From positions 1 through 47,248 of the forward strand of contig CAZDRB010000002.1 in the NCBI GenBank assembly GCA_964507925.1: a DNA stretch of 47,248 nucleotides. Reading direction: 5' to 3'. The translations under genes and the position numbers were made by a program. This document shows positions 1 to 7,863 of this stretch, in pieces; the stretch's first letter is position 1; the number at the start of each line of letters is the position of its first letter. The notes under the pieces are model-generated. The model searched no databases. It had not been told where the DNA came from and was given only the letters and a program-made list of their open reading frames with translations. The stretch is from an uncultured Pseudomonadales bacterium. Its GTDB lineage: Bacteria; Patescibacteriota; Microgenomatia; UBA1400; UBA12108.

Positions 1-43
1 TCTATCAAAATCTACCAAGAGAAGAAGTCTGCCCCTAAAACTT

Positions 44-1132
44 ATGAAAGATAAATTAATTATCACCACTACATTTCTCGTTTTCTCGCTCGTCTTTTTT
101 GGTTACTATCTAGTTACCAAACATACCAAGCTCGATATCGTCTACAAAAACTGGGATGGTCCTAGCTACGTTTTGACTGCAATTAGCTTGTATGACCCTC
201 AGGTAGCCTACGCCAACAACTTCATTCAGTCTGGAGATATCCGCCCAGACTGGACTTGGCTGCCGGCCCACTTTCCGGCTTACCCGCTCGCGATTCGCGC
301 TTTCTCATTTATTGGATATTTCCCCAGCATGATCATGGTAAGCGTGATTTTTGCCCTTTTGTCGTACCTCGCGTTTTATCACCTCGCGCGCGAGCTCAAG
401 ATAACAAAGTACCCACTCCTCCTCACGCTCCCAATGATTTTTCTCCCCCCAAGATGGTTCATCGTGAGCCACACCGGGGGATCAGAAACTATGTTTATGT
501 TTTTTATTCTGATGTTCTTACAATACCTCGTCAAAAAAAATCACAACGTGGCGGCTATCTTTCTTGCTCTTGCGCAGCTAACTCGACCCCACGCCGTATT
601 TTTTGGATTAGGCGTAGCTATAATCGCCTTAGTCGAGCTCGTGAAGTCCAAGAATACTCGCGAGATAGTAAGCTCTTACTCAGCGTATCTGCTCGCACCC
701 CTATCAGTCTTCTTGGTTTTTTGCTTCTACAAACTGCAGACCGGCAATTTTTGGGCATTTTTCGAGGCGATCAGTCTGACCAAAAATCTGCAGGCAATTC
801 CCTTTCGAACCTTTAGCTTCCCGGCTGCAAACATCGAGACTTTTTGGCAGGAAATTAACGCCGTTAACTACATTGTTTATCTTGGAGCAGCTCTCACCAT
901 GTTTAGGAAAAATCTCTGGAAGTTCGGCGTCCTCAGCCTTGCCTATTTTGTCCCCCTCATTTTTCTCCAGCACTCCGACATTTCTCGCTACGCGCTACCC
1001 CTGATTCCGTTCGCCTTTATCGCCTACTCCGAAATCATCGAGAAGCGCGAGTTTACTCTCGCAACTATCCTTATGTCTCCAGCTGTCATGCTCTACGCCA
1101 TTAACTTTATGGACCACAACCATGGGGGCTAG
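44..1132 (+). CDS. Polytopic integral membrane protein, probable GT-C-fold glycosyltransferase (PIG-V/DUF2029-like)
   Basis: 362-aa ORF with about 9-10 hydrophobic helices. NWDGPSYVLTAISLY motif sits in the first loop after TM1. The stop overlaps the next start by 11 nt. Confidence 0.55.
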   Translation: MKDKLIITTTFLVFSLVFFGYYLVTKHTKLDIVYKNWDGPSYVLTAISLYDPQVAYANNFIQSGDIRPDWTWLPAHFPAYPLAIRAFSFIGYFPSMIMVSVIFALLSYLAFYHLARELKITKYPLLLTLPMIFLPPRWFIVSHTGGSETMFMFFILMFLQYLVKKNHNVAAIFLALAQLTRPHAVFFGLGVAIIALVELVKSKNTREIVSSYSAYLLAPLSVFLVFCFYKLQTGNFWAFFEAISLTKNLQAIPFRTFSFPAANIETFWQEINAVNYIVYLGAALTMFRKNLWKFGVLSLAYFVPLIFLQHSDISRYALPLIPFAFIAYSEIIEKREFTLATILMSPAVMLYAINFMDHNHGG

Positions 1133-3863
1133 ATTCGTCACCTTAATCTTTGCCCTCGCGTTGTCTCTGCGTCTTTACCAGCTTCCTCAGCGCGCGATCT
1201 GGACCGCAGACGAAGAGTATCAGGCCACATATGCCAACACTATTGTTCAGGATTTTCACCCGATCTGGATCGGAGTTTCAGCTGGTGACACAGGGTTTTA
1301 TCTCGGCCCCTACTTTACTTACCTGACTGCATTCTTACTCAAGATTTTTAGTGACCCAGTCGCGCTTAGTTATTTCTCAGCTCTCCTTGGCGCCACAACG
1401 GTCGTCCTAGTCTATTATCTTGGACGCGCGCTTAAAGACCATCAGACCGGTGTGATTGCCAGTATTCTTATGGCCGTCTCGCCCCTCATGATTTACTTTG
1501 ATCAAAGATACTGGAATCCGAGCCCAGTCCCATTTTTGACCGTCCTCTTGGTGCTTTCACTCTTTCATCTCAAAAAGCACCCGTGGAGCCTAGTTCTGGT
1601 CGCATTTTGCCTAGGAGCAATCTGGAATGTTCACCTCTCACTCGTCCCTCTTTATCTGCCCGCTATCTGGTATACATATCAAGCACGAAAAAGTATTCGG
1701 ATCAACACCTGGGTGATAAGTGTCCTTACTTTTGGAGCACTCATTCTCCCGCTCGTTATTTTTGATTATCACAAAAATTTTAGCAATCTCTTAACTCCAT
1801 ATCGCTTACTTACAGACAAACGTCCTCGCTCGGATGATGATCGACTCTACGCCCTAGGGAGCACAGCTATCCGCTTTGTGGCGCTTAACCCTGGTAACAC
1901 CAACGACGGCGAGGTAAGAAATAGTTGTGATGAGATCGCAACCAAAGTTAATCCAGTCATCGCCTACATCACCTCATTTTTAATCCTCGCATTTCTTGCC
2001 TTTCCCACTACCTACAAAAACAAAAAAACTAGAGTCCTAGCGCACTCGCTACTCGCGCTCGTTTTAGGGTTCTTACTGTACCCAGGTCCTGTCTCGTCTT
2101 ACTACGCCCTTGTGATCATTATCCCGCGCTTTTATCAACTAGGCGAAACTCCTCACGGTCTGCACATCGACGAAGTGAGTTTTGCCGCCGACGCCAAATC
2201 CCTCGCCGAAACCGGTAAGGACACGTGGGGTGTTACCTTGCCCCGGGTCTTTAAGGCCTTTGGTGAGTACAAAGCACCAGGTCTGACCTACAGCATGGCT
2301 TTTTGGGCCAAGGTAACGGGGACCATGAACAACTATATTGCCCGCCTGCCTTCTGCTATCGCCGGGCTTACTCTAATTTTGATGCTGGTCCTCACCCTCA
2401 AAACTATAGTCCCAAAAGCTCCCCCCATGCTCCTCGCCACCGTCGCCCTGATCCTGGCCTATAGCCCCTGGCATTTTGATATGTCTCGCATTTTTTACGA
2501 AGCCTTTAGCGCTACTGCCTGGATTTCAATCTCTCTGTATTTTGCAACCAGACTGTTGGTACCATCAGCTAAGCGCTCCAAATATGACTGGCTACTCATG
2601 CTCGCCACCGCCTCGATCGCCGGCTACTACTACGCCTCACTCCGCTACGTCATCATCGCTTATGTCGTTCTAGTCTCTTTTCTCCTGGAGCACAAGGTGA
2701 GCGCCGCAGTTAAAAAAAGTCTCCTGGCCTTGTTCTTTGTGGCGGTGGTTGGGTTTGGCTGGGTCGGGGATCTGTTTTCTGATGTTGGCCTAAACCGGCT
2801 CTATTATTATCAACAAAAAGCCAGTTTTGGGAGTGCTCTCGAGATCGATGAGAAGCGCCAGTTCTGCTACCTCGCCCTGGATCGTAACACCGACACCTCC
2901 AAAGGCTGCTATGTCCTCTGGAACAAGCCTGTTTCGCGTTTGACTGGGGCGATAACCACGGTCCTCACTTATCTGGGAACCAACTTTTTGTTTGTCAAAG
3001 GGGTGAGTGAGTATGGTTTTGATAGTGAGTATGGGGCCTACCTCCCGCCCCTCATTCTCTTCTACTTAATCGGCCTATACTACGCACTAACCAGTCTAGT
3101 TAGATTTGTCACCGCAACCTTTACTGCTAACATTCACCGATTAAGTAGCATTGACAAAGTCTTTACTCTCTACCTCAGTTTGGCTCTCCTCTCACTCGTT
3201 CCAGCCGCCATTGCCTTAAACCTTAATATGCGCATGGCAATGGTCAGCTTATACGTAATCGCGATTCTGATTGGGTATGGTCTGTATCAATTTTGCGTGT
3301 ACCTAGGTGCCACCTTCAAGCCAGTCATCCAATTTCTGATTTACTTGGCAGTCGGTGGCCTCTTCCTTTTCTACGCCTTGCAGTCGAGTATTCACTATTG
3401 GTTTGTCTTTACAAAAAGCAACGATCTCCAGTGGACTTCTGACGCAGGGCCTATCTTTAACTATGTCAAAAGTATCTCTGGCAACTACGACCGGATCATT
3501 GATACGGAGCTCCACGGCCCCCTCGCCCCCTACTTTTATGGGGATATCACAACCGACCAGGTCCATCAGGGAGAATATAGTCCTCCCGATGCAATCGGCT
3601 TTACCTACCTGATCAAGGCGGGTAAGTACGAGCTCAACCACATTAATATTAAAGACTTAGCCTGTGAGGTCGTGAGTAAGAATGATAAAAGAAGAACTCT
3701 TGTTATCAGCAATCCTTATCCCGAATTAGTTTCAATGCGCAAATACGAGTCGCGGTCGTGGAACGGCGCCTTACTCCTGCACGAAGTTTATGACTTAGCC
3801 GAAGTTATCGCTTATATGCAGCGCTCCGAGCCTAACTTTATGACCCGTTGCGCTCCCAAATAA
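1122..3863 (+). CDS. Fusion of two GT-C (GT39/PMT_2/ArnT-like) membrane glycosyltransferase modules with a C-terminal soluble domain
   Basis: 913 aa. Module 1 starts LSLRLYQLPQRAIWTADEEYQATYA (acidic DE loop after TM1). Module 2 restarts near residue 330 with IIIPRFYQLGETPHGLHIDEVSFAADAKSLAETGKDTWG. That segment aligns by eye with the N-terminus of the next gene (LLRFPGLNHHMDTLYGDEVALGYNAYAIKETLRDEFG). The C-terminal YDRII...IKAGKYE matches YDQII...IKIGKYY of the next gene. Confidence 0.7.
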   Translation: MGARFVTLIFALALSLRLYQLPQRAIWTADEEYQATYANTIVQDFHPIWIGVSAGDTGFYLGPYFTYLTAFLLKIFSDPVALSYFSALLGATTVVLVYYLGRALKDHQTGVIASILMAVSPLMIYFDQRYWNPSPVPFLTVLLVLSLFHLKKHPWSLVLVAFCLGAIWNVHLSLVPLYLPAIWYTYQARKSIRINTWVISVLTFGALILPLVIFDYHKNFSNLLTPYRLLTDKRPRSDDDRLYALGSTAIRFVALNPGNTNDGEVRNSCDEIATKVNPVIAYITSFLILAFLAFPTTYKNKKTRVLAHSLLALVLGFLLYPGPVSSYYALVIIIPRFYQLGETPHGLHIDEVSFAADAKSLAETGKDTWGVTLPRVFKAFGEYKAPGLTYSMAFWAKVTGTMNNYIARLPSAIAGLTLILMLVLTLKTIVPKAPPMLLATVALILAYSPWHFDMSRIFYEAFSATAWISISLYFATRLLVPSAKRSKYDWLLMLATASIAGYYYASLRYVIIAYVVLVSFLLEHKVSAAVKKSLLALFFVAVVGFGWVGDLFSDVGLNRLYYYQQKASFGSALEIDEKRQFCYLALDRNTDTSKGCYVLWNKPVSRLTGAITTVLTYLGTNFLFVKGVSEYGFDSEYGAYLPPLILFYLIGLYYALTSLVRFVTATFTANIHRLSSIDKVFTLYLSLALLSLVPAAIALNLNMRMAMVSLYVIAILIGYGLYQFCVYLGATFKPVIQFLIYLAVGGLFLFYALQSSIHYWFVFTKSNDLQWTSDAGPIFNYVKSISGNYDRIIDTELHGPLAPYFYGDITTDQVHQGEYSPPDAIGFTYLIKAGKYELNHINIKDLACEVVSKNDKRRTLVISNPYPELVSMRKYESRSWNGALLLHEVYDLAEVIAYMQRSEPNFMTRCAPK

Positions 3864-3867
3864 ACCT

Positions 3868-5499
3868 ATGACCAAATCGATCAAATTATTCCTCATCTTA
3901 GTCCTCACTGTCGCCGCCCTGCTCAGGTTCCCTGGCCTCAACCACCACATGGATACCCTCTACGGGGACGAAGTTGCCCTCGGTTACAACGCCTACGCGA
4001 TCAAAGAGACCCTGCGCGACGAGTTTGGTCGTTTTCTCCCGCTCCAGTTTGAGTCCTGGGGAGACCAAAAGAACCCCGTCTACATCTATCTCACCGCTCT
4101 GGTACAACTAGTGACAGGTCCCACTATGGCCAGCGTGCGCCTCCCTTCCGCCCTCGCTGGCGTCCTGGCTGTCTACCTAACTTATCGTTTGGTTATACTG
4201 CTTAAGCTCGGTAGTCATGTCGCCCTCGCTTCCGCTCTCCTGCTCGCCCTCACTCCCTGGCATATTCATATTAGTCGGGGTGGTTACGAAGCCAATGTCG
4301 CCCTCACCCTCGGCCTTGCCAGCGTAGTTTTGCTGCTATCTCGTCGCTACACTCTCTCTGTTCTCCTGCTCGCCCTCTCGGCCTACACCTACTACACCAC
4401 CAAGCTGTTTGCCCCGATCCTCTTACTCATTACCTGGGTTTACCTGATCGATTGGTCCAAGTATAAAAGTAGTCTCAGAGATTTTGCCAAGTACTGGCTC
4501 CTCGCCTTTGTACTAGCGATCCCCATTATTTACCTTGCCCTTTTTGAGGCTGGTCAGGTTCGTTTTCAGAGTATTAATATTTTTGTGGACAAAACCGTTA
4601 CCCCGAGGGTCGAGCGGGCCCGCAATTTCTTTGATAACCCAGATAGCTTGCTGGCCAAACTGAGCGAAAACCGCTACATCTATCATCTCAGCGATTTTGC
4701 TATGTACTACCTGGAGAACTTCTCCGGACAGTTCCTGTTTGTGGGCGGGGATAGCAACGTTCGCTACGGCCTTGCCGGTCACGGCATGCTCTATATGCTC
4801 GATGCTCCTCTCATTATCCTGGGCCTGATCATGCTCTATCACAAAAACCGGCGTGTCTGGTATTTTCTTGTCGCTTGGCTCTTGCTGGCCCCACTCCCCA
4901 CGGCTCTCGTCGGCCGGGCCTACGGCCTGCGTAGCCTCGCTATGCTCCCAATCCCCCAGATCTTGGCTGCTTACACCCTATATACTTGGTATCTCTCAAC
5001 TAAAAAATCAAGAATAATTGCAGCTACCTATATACTATTTACTATTTGCTATATACTTGGCGTTTCCAACTGGCTCCACCGCTACTATTACCAATATCCC
5101 TCCTACGGTCGCTACTGGTACGACGCTCCGATGCAGGATGCAATCACTTACACCAAAGCGCGGGAATCCAAGTACGATCAGATCATCATTAGTCAGAGTT
5201 ATGGCGAAGTCTCGATGTACTATGCCTACCTCAACCAGATTCACCCCGATGTTTATCGGGAGGCCAAGGCTAATCGGGTCATGGTCGATGGTGTCCCCAT
5301 GATCAAAATTGGCAAATATTACTTTGGGGATATCAGACCCAAAGGGCCAATCGAAAAGATGGATATTCCCTACAACACCCTCATTCTGGTCCAACCCTAC
5401 TTTGAATACGGTGAAGAAGCGATCCTCGCCAGGGACGATGGTCGTCCGATCTACCGTGTTTTCGAGTTCCCGACCGTCCACATGAAATCAAAAAAATAA
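3868..5499 (+). CDS. GT-C family (GT39/ArnT/PMT-like) membrane glycosyltransferase
   Basis: 543 aa with many TM helices. YGDEV acidic loop motif after TM1 and a C-terminal soluble domain. Paralogue of the second half of 1122..3863. Confidence 0.7.
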   Translation: MTKSIKLFLILVLTVAALLRFPGLNHHMDTLYGDEVALGYNAYAIKETLRDEFGRFLPLQFESWGDQKNPVYIYLTALVQLVTGPTMASVRLPSALAGVLAVYLTYRLVILLKLGSHVALASALLLALTPWHIHISRGGYEANVALTLGLASVVLLLSRRYTLSVLLLALSAYTYYTTKLFAPILLLITWVYLIDWSKYKSSLRDFAKYWLLAFVLAIPIIYLALFEAGQVRFQSINIFVDKTVTPRVERARNFFDNPDSLLAKLSENRYIYHLSDFAMYYLENFSGQFLFVGGDSNVRYGLAGHGMLYMLDAPLIILGLIMLYHKNRRVWYFLVAWLLLAPLPTALVGRAYGLRSLAMLPIPQILAAYTLYTWYLSTKKSRIIAATYILFTICYILGVSNWLHRYYYQYPSYGRYWYDAPMQDAITYTKARESKYDQIIISQSYGEVSMYYAYLNQIHPDVYREAKANRVMVDGVPMIKIGKYYFGDIRPKGPIEKMDIPYNTLILVQPYFEYGEEAILARDDGRPIYRVFEFPTVHMKSKK

Positions 5500-5501
5500 G
5501 A

Positions 5502-5533
5502 CTTTATGAGCTTTATAAACTTTATAACTTTAT
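5502..5533. repeat. Four tandem CTTTAT units in the 32-nt intergenic spacer
   Basis: CTTTAT occurs at 5502, 5511, 5520 and 5528 (spacing 9, 9 and 8 nt). The last copy overlaps the ATG at 5532. Confidence 0.8.
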
Positions 5534-6191
5534 GAACTCAATATACGTTATAGTCCCGGCCTACAACGAATCCCGTTACCTCGCCCGCTTTTTAGCCAAG
5601 CTCACCAAACTAACTCACAACATCGTCGTCATCGACGATGGGAGTCGCGATGACACTACCGCTATCGCCAAAGACTACGGCGTTACTACCCTGACTCACA
5701 TGACCAATCTCGGTAAGGGCGCGGCCCTAAAAACGGGGTGCGAGTATGCCTTTACCAAGCTAGGAGCCGACGCCGTGATTATCATGGACGGCGATGACCA
5801 GCATGACCCCGCAGACCTCCCCAAATTCAAAACTACTCTCAAAAATGGGGCCGAGATTGTACTGGGCGTCAGAGCCCTAGACAGCAATATGCCGCTCTCT
5901 CGGCTCCTGGGCAACAAACTAATGTCTGTCCTAGTAAACGTCCTATTTGGTCGCTACATTGCGGACATCCCCAGTGGCTTCAAAGCCATGACCAAAAAGG
6001 CCTATCGCCAACTACAGTGGTACAGTAGTGGCTACGAAGTTGAGGCCGAGCTCGCAGTCCGCATCGCCAAAAGCAAGCTAAAATATGTCGAAGTCCCGAT
6101 TTCAACCATTTATCATGACAAAGAGTATGGCTTTAACCTCCTCGACGCTTTCCGTATTATAATTAAGATACCTTATTGGATCTGGAGTTAG
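5532..6191 (+). CDS. GT2 glycosyltransferase, polyprenyl-phosphate sugar synthase-like (DPM1/GtrB catalytic domain) lacking C-terminal TM helices
   Basis: VIVPAYNES, VVIDDGSRDDT and IIMDGDDQHDP (DxD) motifs. Only 219 aa and ends without a hydrophobic anchor. Confidence 0.75.
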   Translation: MNSIYVIVPAYNESRYLARFLAKLTKLTHNIVVIDDGSRDDTTAIAKDYGVTTLTHMTNLGKGAALKTGCEYAFTKLGADAVIIMDGDDQHDPADLPKFKTTLKNGAEIVLGVRALDSNMPLSRLLGNKLMSVLVNVLFGRYIADIPSGFKAMTKKAYRQLQWYSSGYEVEAELAVRIAKSKLKYVEVPISTIYHDKEYGFNLLDAFRIIIKIPYWIWS

Positions 6192-6194
6192 ACT

Positions 6195-6515
6195 ATGCAA
6201 GGAATACAAATAGCCTCTCTTATTTTTATTTTTATCATGCTCTACGTTGTTCGCATCCATTACAAAAAAAGCGAACTACCTAGGGCCGAAGCAATTTTTT
6301 GGTCATTAATTCTCCTCGTTCTTGGGACTTTGGTCGTGGTAGAGGATAGCGCCAACTTCATTCGAAACCTCTTTCAGGTATCTCGCCTTTTAGACGTTGT
6401 CATGATCGTTGCCTTTATGGGTACCTTCATTTTCTTAATCGAGAATCGGATTCAGATCAGTAAGCTCCGCTCCAAACTAGAAAAACTAACACGCGAGAAG
6501 GCCATGGAGCAATAG
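6195..6515 (+). CDS. Small 3-helix membrane protein, DUF2304-like, partner of the preceding GT2
   Basis: 106 aa with three hydrophobic helices followed by a charged helical tail (KLRSKLEKLTREKAMEQ). Lies 3 nt after the GT2 stop. Same architecture as 17513..17857. Confidence 0.6.
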   Translation: MQGIQIASLIFIFIMLYVVRIHYKKSELPRAEAIFWSLILLVLGTLVVVEDSANFIRNLFQVSRLLDVVMIVAFMGTFIFLIENRIQISKLRSKLEKLTREKAMEQ

Positions 6516-6534
6516 AATTTGATCCTGTCAAAAC

Positions 6535-6562
6535 TTGACGATTACGATAAATATCGTAAAAT
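6535..6562 (+). promoter_or_regulatory. Candidate sigma70-type promoter with an embedded perfect palindrome (putative AbiEi operator)
   Basis: TTGACG (6535-6540), a 16-nt spacer, then TAAAAT (6557-6562). The spacer holds TTACGATA-AA-TATCGTAA (6542-6559), 8-bp perfect inverted arms. A perfect TATAAT also occurs at 6575-6580 without a good -35. Confidence 0.4.
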
Positions 6563-6607
6563 GGAACTAATAATTATAATAATTTGAATTAATAGTTCAC
6601 AAACCAT

Positions 6608-7168
6608 ATGAATATACTGGATCTATATCAAACCAAACAATCAGTCTACACTAGCCAAGAGCTATCTCAACTATTCCCGGACGACTCACCTCAAAAACTA
6701 AATAGTGCTCTGCATTATGCCGTCAAAACAGGCAAGTTAAAGCGCCTAAGACGGGGTATATATGTTAAAAACGACTACTCTGTTATAGAGTTGGCCAACT
6801 GTCTCTATATCCCAAGCTACGTCAGTCTCGAAACAGTTCTCCGTGCAAACGGGATCATTTTCCAGGCTGATACTAGTATTCAATCTGTCTCCTATCTTTC
6901 TAGGGAAGTCTTGGTTGATCAAACCAAATTAATCTATCGTAAATTAAAGTATCAGGTTTTGACCAACCCCCTTGGCTTAGTGGTTAATGGTCGTGAAGCT
7001 ATGGCAACTCCAGAGCGAGCACTTCTTGATTCCTTAATAGTCTTCAAAGACTATCACTTTGACAATCTATCGGGAGTCAACTGGGACCTTGTCGAGACCC
7101 TCCTTCCGATCTATCAGAGCAAAATCCTGATCGCCAAAGTATCCAAACTACGTAAGGGGATAAAGTAA
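6608..7168 (+). CDS. abiEi: AbiEi-family antitoxin / transcriptional regulator (type IV TA system)
   Basis: 186 aa. N-terminal wHTH-like segment ends in the characteristic KLKRLRRGIYV motif. Sits immediately upstream of, and 1 nt overlapping, an AbiEii-type gene. Confidence 0.7.
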   Translation: MNILDLYQTKQSVYTSQELSQLFPDDSPQKLNSALHYAVKTGKLKRLRRGIYVKNDYSVIELANCLYIPSYVSLETVLRANGIIFQADTSIQSVSYLSREVLVDQTKLIYRKLKYQVLTNPLGLVVNGREAMATPERALLDSLIVFKDYHFDNLSGVNWDLVETLLPIYQSKILIAKVSKLRKGIK

Positions 7169-7863
7169 TGAATCAAGACTACAATATCCACAAAGAGATC
7201 CTAGTTCGCATTCTTAAAGATATTTATACCGATCCAGTTCTCGGCAAAGCATTGGGTTTTAAGGGTGGAACAGCCGCCTACCTGTGCTACGGCCTCCCAC
7301 GTTCCTCAGTCGACCTAGACTTTGACCTTCTAAAAACAGAGAGTCAAACCCAGGTCTGGGTTAAGTTGGGCGACATCATCAAAAATTACGGGGTTATCAT
7401 TGACTCACACCAAAAATCTCAAACATTACTGTACGTCATTCAATACAAAAAAGAATCCTGGCATATCAAAGTAGAGGTATCACTTAGGACAACTCTCGCC
7501 AACTATCTGCCATTCTCATACCTTGGTATTCCATTAATAATCGTTGATAAACCCGGGATGTTGTCAGGCAAGCTGGCTGCCCTAATCGGTCGGCCTAGTC
7601 TCGCTTCCCGAGACCTCTTTGATGTCTGGTATTTTCTCTCCAACAACTGGGTTGCTGACGAGACACTTCTACAGGATCTAACAGGTCAGTCACAGCGTGA
7701 AGTCTATGAGCAGGCAGTCAAAAAAGTCTCTTCAATTCCAGATAATCAGCTACTGCAAGGGATGGGTGAACTCTTAACTCATCAACAAAAAGACTGGGTC
7801 AAAAACAAGCTAAAGTCAGAGCTACTATTTTTATTAAATCTTAAGCTATCTCACAATGAATAA
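7168..7863 (+). CDS. abiEii: AbiEii/AbiGii-family nucleotidyltransferase toxin (DUF1814)
   Basis: 231 aa with FKGGTAAYLCYGLPRSSVDLDFDL, the GGTA...R.S.DlDf nucleotidyltransferase motif of AbiEii. TAATG overlap with abiEi. Confidence 0.75.
   Translation: MNQDYNIHKEILVRILKDIYTDPVLGKALGFKGGTAAYLCYGLPRSSVDLDFDLLKTESQTQVWVKLGDIIKNYGVIIDSHQKSQTLLYVIQYKKESWHIKVEVSLRTTLANYLPFSYLGIPLIIVDKPGMLSGKLAALIGRPSLASRDLFDVWYFLSNNWVADETLLQDLTGQSQREVYEQAVKKVSSIPDNQLLQGMGELLTHQQKDWVKNKLKSELLFLLNLKLSHNE

Noticed and set aside
1-54. Possible 3' end of an upstream CDS (frame 1 reads SIKIYQEKKSAPKTYER, stop at 52-54) overlapping the first gene's ATG.
   Set aside because: Only 17 codons are visible, which is too short to support a coding call or a function.
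256-816. 186-aa + strand ORF in an alternative frame inside the first membrane-protein gene. The same class includes 704..973(-), 1583..1765, 2476..2673, 3303..3641(-), 3355..3612, 3898..4107(-), 4513..4842(-), 5018..5302 and 5035..5481(-).
   Set aside because: All lie fully inside longer ORFs that carry clear family motifs. Their translations are Arg/Pro/Ser-rich with low complexity, as expected for off-frame or antisense reading of GC-richer coding DNA. No independent start context or motif was found.
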